Source: Chiloscyllium plagiosum (Eukaryota). Taken from it: a DNA stretch of 64,000 bases. A program made the translations under genes and the position numbers. This document shows, one piece after another, positions 53,711 to 64,000 of this stretch. The notes beneath the pieces were generated by a model that saw only the letters and a program-made list of their open reading frames with translations, made no database searches and was not told the origin of the DNA. How positions within the stretch are numbered: position 1 is the first letter of the stretch; the number at the start of each line of letters is the position of its first letter. The stretch lies in contig NC_057718.1 of assembly GCF_004010195.1 (NCBI RefSeq), positions 104,866,158 to 104,930,157 on the forward strand, written 5' to 3'.

Positions 53711-54859
53711 TATTTGTTGTCTCGGGCTTAAAAGAGGAGAAAAGCAATCAATATAAATTCAGTCCCCCTTTATTAGTGACAAATTATCAAAGATTAAAAA
53801 CATTTCTACTGTGTCTGCAATGGAAAATAAGTTCTACACTTTTTACCTGTCTACAACAAAAAATTCTAATTTGAATTAGATACAAACTAAAAAGCACTTG
53901 GATGAATAGCGAATAACATGTCATGCTTGGATTACAGAAAATATAGAATGAATTTTAGAACAAGGTAACAAAGCTTACAAGAAACAAATATTCATACAGC
54001 TGAATTCAACCCACAACACCAAGTAGTTTGCAGGTACTTTTAATGCTTTCAAAGTATAGTATAGCTTCAGATAGCAGACAATGATGAGTGCTTTGCAATG
54101 GTGACAGAGATTACATATGACCACAATAAAACCACCATCCTTCTGAACCCCCAAAATAAAATGAGGGCATGGTCATTGCCAAACATCTATGTTTTGATTG
54201 ATGTTTGTTGGTATTGTTTCTTTCCACCAACAGCAGAGATGATGAGTACAAACCAATGTGCCATTGTATAAACAATGCAGTCGTTGCAGTTTTACAAAAT
54301 AGCGACCATTAGTATATATATATATGTAGACTCAAATAGGTATTTCAACTGAACAGAATGGTGTGCAACCTGTCACAGCGAGAATGGAGGGCTACAAACA
54401 GAGGAAAACACTTGCTTAAAAATTATGCAGACTTTACACAGACATTATAAAAGATAAGATTTCGCTTAAGAAATAATTTCAACCTGTTAGATCTGACAAA
54501 GGGCAAGGTGGAAAAGGCCCAATTGTACTCAAATCGATCAGTGTACATAATTACTGCAGCATGAACTAAAAGGAAGTAGTGGGGGGGGAAAAACAGTTGT
54601 ATGAATATTTCTATTTCTTGTAAACTTTGTTAACTTATTCTAAAATTCATTCTATATTTTCTGTAATCCAAGCATGACATGTTACCTGCTATTCATCCAA
54701 GTACTTTTTAGTTTGTATCTAATTCAAATGTGTAAAACTTATTTTCCATTGCAGACACAGTAGAAATGTTTTTAATCTTTGTGTATTTGTCACTGATCAA
54801 GGGGGAATTGAATTTATATTGATTGTTTTTCTCCTCTTTTAAGCCCGAGACAGCAAATA
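53711..54859. repeat. Diverged ~270-290-bp inverted duplication (53711-54002 / 54594-54859)
   Basis: For example, tgtctcgggcttaaaagaggagaaaa and catgtcatgcttggattacagaaaatatagaatgaattttagaa reappear reverse-complemented. Confidence 0.9.
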
Positions 54860-57800
54860 CTTTTTAATTTCTAAATTTCAGTTAAGACAGTCTCCAACTC
54901 AAGCACATTCCAACAAACAATCTAGCACCCATTTCACCTCTTAGCCTCATTCTTCTTTCAAACCCAGCATATATCACATGAAAACTTACAGGCATTTAAC
55001 GCTGAAGATTGCAGTTATGTGTGACATATTTAATTGGTAAACTATGTCATAAAGTTGCAAGTATCAGTGTTATTATCTGGGCTTAAAATCTGGCAAGTGC
55101 TCTGCCCTAAAACATATTGGCCAAATTAAATTTCTATAGCGAGTTAAGAGCAGTTGTACCAATAAAAATGGTTTACCATTAGATGTAGTACAGGAGACAG
55201 GCTACTGAATTTCCAGTTGTGGAAACTGGGAGACAATTGTATGTCGCATGACCAATAATATCAAACTTAGAAACTTTGACAAGAATACCAATGACTTTTT
55301 GCGCCACTTGCAACACCAAGGAAGGCAAACCATATACTGGCAGTTTGATTGTTTCTCAATTCATTTTTGTAAGGAATTGATATGACTGACACTATAGAGG
55401 AAGGGTGCTACTCAACAAACACATGATGTATCAACTTATTCTCTCATGGAATGAGAGCATCGCTTGCAAGCCCAACACTTGTTAGCTGCCCTAACTGTCC
55501 TAGAAGCGAGTAGCTTGCTGGATCATTTCAATGGGCAATTATATTCCTGAAGGTCAGGACTCACATGCATGCCTGAGCATATAAAGACACTCGATTTCCT
55601 TCCCTAAAGGACATTAGAGAAATAGATGTATTCTTATGGCAATCAACAACAGTTCCAAGGTCACCATAACAGAGAACAGTTTTCAATTCCAAATCAACTT
55701 TGAATTCCAACAGCTACTCTGGGTAGGATTCAAACCCATGCCCATAAAGTATTATCCTACACTTGAGGATTGCTAGGCCAGCAACATCACCACACCATCA
55801 CTTCCCCTGACTTACTGAGATGACAACCATTGCTGGTGCAGCATATTGTTTAGATTCTGGTCCCATAAGACAATGTACTTTATGACTGACAGAAATACTC
55901 AAATCTAAGGAGCAATAAACAAGAAACTTTCAATAGAAATTAATTGTATTCAAAATTCCAAAGATAGCATTTCCAATGTCTGAAAATATTATGCTAATTA
56001 TTTTAATGATGCACAGCAAAGAATACACTCAGCACTTTGCGGCTAACAACCAAACTGTACAATCAATTTTCATGATTATTAAACTGTGGCCCAAACAAGA
56101 AATGGGTCAGCTGAGAAACCTTACCACATATGATCATCTACATTTTTCTTGTTCCTATTTTTCACCTTTTGCTGAAACTTCTGCAGGTTATTTTTTTTTA
56201 AACTGTAGCCTCCTTCTGAGCCCTTTTTCCTGTATTCCCAATTTTTAAAAAATGGCTCTCCTTAATTTGATCTCCCCACTACTTTTTCTTGTTTGTAAAT
56301 ATTGGGGATCAACCAACAATATTTGCTTCTCAGCTATGGTTAGATATGTCACAAAGTGACTCAACTGAAAAGACATTCTGCTCAGTTGCTTTATATATAA
56401 TATTTTGCTCATGCTTAGAGTGACTGGGCTATCTAGTTGATTCAGAATATTGAGCATAGAAACATTAAAACATAGAAAATAGGTGGAGTAGGCCATTTGC
56501 CTTTTGAGCTTCCACCACTATTAAATTATAATCATGGCTGATCACGCAATTTCAGTATCCCATTCCTACTTTCTCTCCATACCCTTTGATCCCTTTAGCC
56601 GCAAGGACCACATCCAGCTCCCTTTTGAATATATCTAATAAATTGGCCCCAATAGCACGGATGAAACATGGATCAACATACTCAAAACAATCGTGGAGAG
56701 AGCATCTCAAAATACAACTCAATCATATTAAAGGTATACGCTTTAGTTCACACACACAAGTTTTAATAATCCTACATGCAATACAAAACATTTATTTTAA
56801 ATCAATTTCCAAAACAGAAATCAAACAGCCATAACAAAAAAAAACTGTATTAAACTCCTCTGTCAGACAATTATTATTTTTCAATTGATTCAACTAGTTA
56901 TCAAGTTACTGAAAATTTCAGCATGTGTAAATATACACACTGCTCCTTCAACTGGAAAAGGAATCTTTTACAACTGCAATACTGTGTTCTGCATAAGGCC
57001 AAGTGATGCATTCAGCAACATTCTTTTTACTGCCATCAGGTCCGTATGCTGTAAAATGTCAATCACTTGTCCTATTGACAAATGTGTCACTCAGAAAATT
57101 GAAGTTTCAGTGCAATGCTCACTAATTTTGAGAATTTTGACACTTGTTGTTCTTAATCAACTGCAAGGACCTGCTTACAAACATTTCAGTTGTGCTTTTC
57201 AAGGACAAAAGATCTTCCAAAGAATTACCAGCGACACTGCTACATTTTATCCTCTACATCTCCACAAAAGCTCATAAATGGTTGGAATTCTCCCACTGAT
57301 CACCACACAGCCTTTATTCAAATATCAAGTTGCTGCAGGATGGGAGGTTAACAAAGAGTAACGCTATCCTCTACAGCCCCAAGCACTGTGCTGGTTGACA
57401 AATCCACACAGTATTTAATTTGCACTAAACTATGCTATTTGGACCTAGAACTTACATTTTGACAGGGGAGGTACACCCATAGAAATGTTTTTCTAAAAAT
57501 TGTATAATGGGATTTGGGAACCATTGGCAAGGCCAACATTTGTTACCCATTCCGAATTCCCTTGACCTGAGTGGCTAACTGGGCCATTTCTCAGGGCAGA
57601 AAAGAGTCAATCCCATTGCTGTAGCTCAAGGCACATAGAGGCCAGATCAGAGAAGGATGGCAGACTGCTGCTCTTCTGATGCTGCCTGAACTGCTGTGCT
57701 CTTCCAGCACCACTAATCCAAAATCTGGTTTCCAGCATCTGCAGTCATTGTTTTTACCTTCCTTCTCAAATGGCCCAGTGACATTACCACTATGCTAACG

Positions 57801-58489
57801 TCTCCCCACTTTCAAATTACTTTTAATTAAGTTTATACAGATAAAAATATGGATTATTCTGATCTAGTATGTTCCTCATATAGACTGAAAACGTGTCTAT
57901 TATAAAAACTGGGTCTTGTACATCACTGTCAAAAATTACCTACCTGCATACCATCAGCCAGTTTCACAATAAATTAACTAAATAAAAGTACTCATGTTTT
58001 AACACGCTGTTTGCAAAGAGATGTTGCTATTCATCAAAAAGGTGGCATTTTTAAATTTTATAAACATTCTCTAAACGACTTGAAATGTTGGGATCAATAT
58101 AAACAAAATGAACATTAAAAATACCACCGTCCCTCGAAGAGGCTGTTTGACGAAATGAAAACGTTTTTAAATTAGTTTTAACTTCTTCGTTCCGCATTTG
58201 TATAGAGACGACGACTTCAAAACTATAAAAAGGCATTTCAGGTGCACTGATCAGCACGCACCGAAAAGTATTTGTCCTGCTCGTTATTTTGGCTCTTTAC
58301 AAAGTTTATAAGTAACAGCTTCAGGGAAGTGCAACATTTTTGCAAGAAGGGATTTGATCGGAGACATCATGTAACACAAAATGTGCAATTCGTTTAAACA
58401 AAAATCAATAATTAACCTGCAAAAGCCTGATTCACACACACACACACGTTAGGTCAGGAAAAAGCCTTAAACAATAACTTGTGTAAAGG

Positions 58490-59125
58490 TTACTTTCGGC
58501 GTCACTCTCGAGCCGGGGCTCCAGGCTGAGGTGTGAAACATTTGGGTCAACTCAGCCGACAGCCCCCGGGAGACAGGCTGGATCCGGCACAGGGAGGGCA
58601 CAACCCGACAGGAGCCGAGCGCCAAGGCCCGGGGGATCCAGCGCGAGGCCCGGCGTCACTGCACAGGCCCAGGGAGTTAGGCCGCACTGACAGCCGGCCC
58701 CGGGAACGCAAGCTCGGAGGGGGCGGCTAGGCCGCGCTGCAGGCCTCAGGATGCCTTACCTCAGGATGCGGGAGGCAGCCGCCTCACACGGCGGTGGCCG
58801 CACTGGGCCCCGGGGATAGGGCAGTCCCGCCCGCTCCCATTGCCGATCTCGCCGTCTCCCTCTCGGTCTCCGACTGAGCTCCGGCCGCCCCTCCCGCACC
58901 GGCCTGGCGACCCCGTGTAGAACCGCCCACCCCTCCCAACACGCATGTCTCGCAACGCCCCCTGACGTCATGGTGACGCAACATCACCGCCCATTGGTAA
59001 TGACACGGTGTTGCCCTCCGGTTTGTGATGTCATTGACCACGCCCCCTCAACGATAAGCCCCACCCCTGCTCGGACGCGCCCCTTGTACTATACGCCCCG
59101 CCCCGCGGCTGGTCACGCCCCCTAG
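58490..59125. promoter_or_regulatory. CpG island / AFTPH promoter with CRE, CCAAT and GC boxes
   Basis: The only extended non-repeat CpG-rich tract in the window. TGACGTCA 58963-58970, TGACGCAA 58974-58981, ATTGG (CCAAT on minus) 58993-58997, TGATGTCA 59026-59033, CCCCGCCCC ~59096-59104. Confidence 0.88.
58760..58960 (-). other. AFTPH: AFTPH putative non-coding exon 1 (5' end approximate)
   Basis: Strong donor GAG|GTAAGG (intron begins 58759) inside the CpG island. Exon 2 begins with a splice acceptor 25 nt upstream of the ATG, so an upstream exon is required. Confidence 0.75.
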
Positions 59126-59131
59126 ATGGAC

Positions 59132-62100
59132 ACAGTTAAAACTCACACAACACCAGGTTAGAGTCCAACAGGTTTATTAGGAAGCACTAGCTTTCAGAGG
59201 GCTGCTCCTTCATCTGGTGATAGTGGAGTATAAGACTGTAAGACACAGAATTTATAGCAAAAGTTTACAGTGTGATGTCACTGAAATTATGTATTGAAAA
59301 AGACCTGGATTGTTTGTTAAGCCTTTTAGAATGAGCATTTCTTTCATAAGAAATCCCAGAACTTTTAAAAAATGTTATATAATCAAATGAACTTTAACAA
59401 TATGTGCTATGTCGGCCCAGATAATACATTGAAGGTGTGAGGTGCCTTGTGTGAGGCTGTTCAGACTGATTCTAATCTAAAAAAGGGATTTACAGAATCT
59501 TGCATGGATTCATGCAGTTTTTGAGGAAAATAAAATGTAACTCTGCAACTACAAATTCACCCCACAAACTTATGTGTGTGCATGTGGGTATGTGCGTGGG
59601 CGCGGTTATGAGTGTCTATGAGAGAGTATGCATGTGTGTGAGTTTAAAGGGGTAAAGGTCTGTGACAGGGTATGTGTGTGAGCAATGAGTGCATGTGTGA
59701 GTGTATGAGAAAGAGCTTGTGTATGAGAGAGGGTCTGTGTGAGTGTATGGGTCTGTAGGAGTGTCTGTGTGTGTGTGTAGTGCAGTGGGGTCACCTGTAG
59801 TGTGACATGAACCCAAGGTCCCGGTTGAGACCATCCCCATGGGTGCTGAAATTGGCTATCAGCCTCTGCTCAGCCACTTTGCATTGTTGCCTCTCCTGAA
59901 GTCTGCCTTGGAAGATGGTCATCCGAAGGTCCGAGGTCGAATGTCCCAGACTGGGAGGGGACACTCCTGTCTGTTGATTGTTGTGCGGTGCCCATTCATC
60001 CGTTGCCGTAGGCTCTGCTCAGTCTCGCCAATATACCTGCAGCATATGAGATAGACAACATTGGCCAAGTTGCCGCGCACATGGTGGGAGGTGTCCCCAC
60101 ACATAACGGTGGTATCAGTGTCAACACCTAGACACGTCTTGCAGCATCTGCTGTGAGAAGAACGTATGGTGTTGTCCTGAAAGCTGGGCAGTTTGCTGCA
60201 AACAATGATCTGTTTGATGTTTGGTTTAAAGGTGAGAAGTGGCGGTGTGGGGAAGGTCTTGGCTCATCTGCATTGATAATGTGTTACAGGCTGCGAAGAA
60301 CATGGTGTAGTTTTTCATCTCCTGGGAGGTGCTGGACAACAAAGTGTACGCTGTTGGTTGCAGCTCATGTCTGTCTCCAGAGGAGGTCATTACGGTTTCT
60401 TACTGTCACACGTCGGAACTGGCGGTTGATAAGTTGAGCATCGTACCCCGTTCTTATGAGGGTATCCTTGAGTACTTCAAAGTGCCCGTCATGTTCCTCC
60501 TCATCCGAACAGATCCTGTATATGTGTAGGGCTGGTCCATAGGGCTTATGCCCGAAACGTCGATTCTCCTGCTCCTTTGATGCTGCCTGACCTGCTGCGC
60601 TTTTCCAGCAACACATTTTTCAGCTCTGATCTCCAGCATCTGCAGTCCTCACTTTCTTCTGGTCCATAGGGGATGGCTGTTTTAATATGTTTCGGGTGGA
60701 AGCTGGAGAAGTGCAGCATTGTGAGGTTATCCATGGGTTTGCGGTAGAGTGAGGTGCTCAGGTGCCCATCCTTTTTAGAGATGTATACGTCCAAGAATTA
60801 GACAGATACTAAAGAGTAGTCCATGGTGAGTTTGATGGTGGGGTGAAACACATTGATATCACTGTGTAGCTGTTTCAGTGACTCGTCGCCATGGGTCCAG
60901 AGGAAGAAAATGTCATCAATGTACCTAGTGTATAGTGTTGGTTGGAGGTCCTATAAGAGAAGAAGCCTTGTTTGAACTTGTGCATGAAACTGTTAGCATA
61001 TTTGGGTGCAAATTTGGTCCCCATGTGTGTTCCTTGTGTCTTGTTGAAGAACTGGTTGTAAATGTTGTGGTTGAGGATAAAACAGATGAGTTGTACGACA
61101 GTACACGGAGATTGGCAGTTGTTGGTATTGAATACTGAGAATACATTGTGGGGGATGCTGGTGTAGAGTGCTGAAACATCCATTGTGACGAGGAATGTTC
61201 CTGGTTCGACAGGTCCATGGGTGCTGAGTTTCTGTAAGAAATGTGTAGTGTCATGACAGAAGCTGGGGGTCCCCTGTACAATGGGTTTCAAGACGCATTC
61301 AACATAGCCAGAGAGGTTCTCACACAGGGTCCCATAGCTTGATACAATGGGATGTCCTGGTGTGTTAGCTTTGTGTATCTTTGGAAGTCACACACTCATA
61401 TGTCTACCAACATTATCTATCTCATACGCTACAGGCAAGGATGCCAGAGGCATGATACATTGGTGAAACCAAGCAGAGGCTACCACATTGGATGAATGGG
61501 CACCGCACAACAGTCAACAGACAGGAGTGTTCCTTCCCAGTCGAGGAACACTTCAGCGGTCAGGGACATTCAGCCTCAGACCTTCATGTGACCATCCTCC
61601 AAGGCAAACTTCGGGAAAGGCAACAACGCAAAGTGGCTGAGCAGAGGCTGATAGCCAAGTTCGGTGTCCGTGGGGATGGCCTCAACCAGGGCCTTGGGTT
61701 CATGTCACACTACAGGTGACCTCATTGCACTACACACACATACAGACACACACACACACACACACACACACATTCCTACAGACCCATACACTCATAAAGT
61801 CATAGAGATGTACAGCATGGCAGCACGGAAACAGACCCTTAGGTCCAACCCGTCCATGCCGACCAGATATCCCAACCCAATCTAGTCCCACCTGCCAGCA
61901 TCCGGGCCATATCCCTCCAAACCCTTCCTATTCATATATCCTTCCAAGTGCCTTTTAAATGTTGCAAATGAGCTATGGGGAGAGCTTGAATAGGCTAGGG
62001 CTGTTTTCCCTGGAGCGTCGGAGACTGAGGGGTGACCTTATAGAGGTTTATAAAATCATGAGGGGCATGGATAGGATAAATAGACAAAGTCTTTTCCCTG

Positions 62101-62478
62101 GGGTGGGGGAGTCCAGAACTAGAGGGGCATAGGTTTAGGGTGAGAGGGGAAAGATATAAAAGAGATCCAAGTTGCAAATTTTTCACACAGAGGGTGGTAT
62201 CTGCATGGAATGAGCTGCCAGAGGAAGTGGTGGAGGCTGGTACAATTGTAACATTTAAAAGGCATTTAGATGGGTATATGAATAGGAAGGGTTTGGAGGG
62301 ATATGGGCCGGGTGCTGGCAGGTGGGACTAGATTGGGTTGGGATATCTGATCGATATGGACAGGTTGGACCAAAGGGTCTGTTTCCGTGCTGTACATCTC
62401 TATGACTTTATAACCTGGTGTTGTGTGATTTTTAACTTTGTACACCCCAGTCCAAGACGGGCACCTCCAAATCATGAC
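59132..62478 (-). mobile_element. Penelope-like element (RT + GIY-YIG remnants) with inverted 3' copy (~61390-61795, 62409-62478) and nested PLE and CR1 insertions
   Basis: FLVTMDVSALYTSIPH..QGTHMGTKFAPKYANSFM; LSTSLYRKPMD...HPKHIKTAIPYG; VVYLICCRYIGETEQSLRQRMNGHR on minus, and the same GIY-YIG region on plus at 61492-61719. Confidence 0.92.
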
Positions 62479-62499
62479 TAGTCATTCAAATGACTTCAA

Positions 62500-64000
62500 G
62501 AGAGTCAAGGGGCAGTGGTGAGTGTAATGGCCATCACTTAGGCACAGCTGGAAGGTCTGATGATGGATATATTGCCTAGATCAGATACCCCAGAGTTCTG
62601 CAGGAGATAGCTGAGGGGATTGTGGTGGAATCACTGGAATCAGGGAGGACCCTGGAGGTTGGAAAATGGCTAATGTAACACCCCTGTTTAAGAAGCATGG
62701 AAAGCAGGAAACTAGGCCAGTTAGCCTGACCTCAGTCCTTGGTAAGATTTTACAGTCTATTAATAAAGATGAGATTGCAAAGTACTTGGAAGTATGTGAT
62801 AAAATAGGGCTGAGTCAACATGGCTTCATCAAGGGAAGGTCATGACTGACAAATCTGTTAGATGTTTTGAGGAAGTAAAGAGTAAATTAGACAAGGAAGA
62901 ACGTGTGAATGTGAACTGTTTGGATTTCCAGAAGGCCTTTGACAAGGTGTCACTCAGGAGGCTGCTAAATAAGATAAGAGCCCATGTTATGGGGGAAGGT
63001 ACTGGCATGGACAAAGGATGGGCTGACTGGTAGAAGGCAGAGAGTGGAATAAAGGGATCTTTTTCAGAATGGCAGCCGGTGACCAGTGGATTCTGCAGAG
63101 GTCAGTGTTGGGATCAGAAATATTCACGTTATACATTAATGATCTGGACAAAGGAACTGACAGCATTGTTTGCAAGTTTGAAAGTGACATAAAGGGCAGG
63201 GGCAGATAGTGTTGAGGAAGTGGGGAATCTGCAAAAGGACTTGGACAGGTTGGGAGTAGGCAGAGAAGTTGCAGATGGAATACAGTTCAAGAATGTGAGA
63301 GGTTGTGCCTTTGGTAGGAAGAGTGGAGGTGTAAAGTATTTTCTAACTGGGAAAAGACTTTGAAAATCTGAAGCACTTAGGATTCTTAGTGCAAGATTCT
63401 CCTAAGGTTAACATGTAGGTTTGGTTGGCAGTTAGGAATGCAAATGCAATGTTAGCATTCTTTTCAAGAATGTTAGAATAGAGCAGCAGAGACGTACTGC
63501 TGAGACTGTGTAAGGCTCTGGTCATACTGCATTTGGAATATTGTGAACAGTTTCAGGCCCTGTATCTAAGGAAGGATGTGCTGGCATTGGAGGGATTCAG
63601 AAGAGATTTACAAAAATGATCCTGGGAGAGAATGGCTTGTCACATGAGAAGTGGTTGAGATTCCTGGATCTCTAATCAATGGAGTTTAACGGGATAAGGG
63701 CAGATCTGAATAAAACAGTTAGAATACTGAGAGGCCTGGATAGAGTAGACATGGAGAAGATGTTTCCACTGGTAGAAGAGACTATGACCTGAGGGCATAG
63801 CCACAGAGTGAAGGGACAACACTTTAGAACTGAGATGAGGAGGAAATTCTTCAGCCAGAGCGGGGTGAACCTGTGTGACTCATTGCCACAGAGGGCTATG
63901 GAGGCCAAGTCATTGAGTGTACTTAAGCCAGAGATAGATAGTTTCTTGATTAGTAAGAGGATCAAGGCTTACAGGGAGAAGATGGGAGAATGGGGTTGAG
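62500..64000 (+). mobile_element. Decayed CR1 LINE RT region running off the window
   Basis: CLDFQKAFDKVS.RRLLNKIRAH; FRTEMRRKFFSQSGVNLCDSLP. Confidence 0.88.

Larger units (their letters stand above)
2660..58960 (-). other. AFTPH: AFTPH gene span (aftiphilin, AP-1/AP-2/clathrin accessory protein); non-coding exon 1, 8 constitutive coding exons and 1 cassette exon; TSS and poly(A) site approximate
   Basis: Spliced exons translate to MEPDVIRMYSSSPPPLD...LRYQWGGSHSNKKLL...VQFDWSSSGLTNPLD...GVDPELYELTT...LPDLSFMHAKVLMFP, matching recalled vertebrate aftiphilin. Constitutive coding lengths 1959+149+127+57+132+61+124+139=2748 nt (915 aa + stop), with consistent phases. Confidence 0.97.

Noticed and set aside
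58533..59041. ORFs in the CpG island as separate coding genes
   Set aside because: Expected stop-poor frames in GC-rich DNA with no recognisable homology; only the short uORF was retained as a candidate.
1..64000. CRISPR arrays, operons or other prokaryotic systems
   Set aside because: Spliced vertebrate gene and retroelement landscape; no regularly spaced repeat-spacer array seen.

Overview
Eukaryotic genomic DNA, almost certainly from a shark. This is inferred from HE1-type tRNA SINEs and elasmobranch-type CR1/Penelope repeats; species is not determinable here. The window is dominated by one minus-strand gene, aftiphilin (AFTPH). It has a CpG-island promoter and non-coding exon 1 near 58.8-59.1 kb, a ~2-kb exon 2 carrying the ATG, seven further phase-consistent GT-AG coding exons, and a stop at 3631 (915 aa without the cassette exon), with a poly(A) signal at ~2685. 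The orthologue of the 84-nt cassette exon is present at 18641-18724 but has no AG at the in-frame acceptor position. A probable terminal exon of an unidentified convergent plus-strand gene lies at ~1007-1207. Introns are packed with CR1 and L2/CR1-clade LINEs, SINEs, one Tx1-like fragment and many Penelope-like element (PLE) insertions. The PLE insertions carry minimal hammerhead-ribozyme motifs of four sequence families and repeatedly show a TSD / inverted arm / spacer / 3' end / TSD layout. In two cases the spacer is non-element DNA: a 40-nt copy of sequence 950 bp away, and ~1.15 kb of unique cargo. Exon boundaries were read base by base; repeat boundaries are approximate. Homology calls rest on recalled sequence, not database searches.
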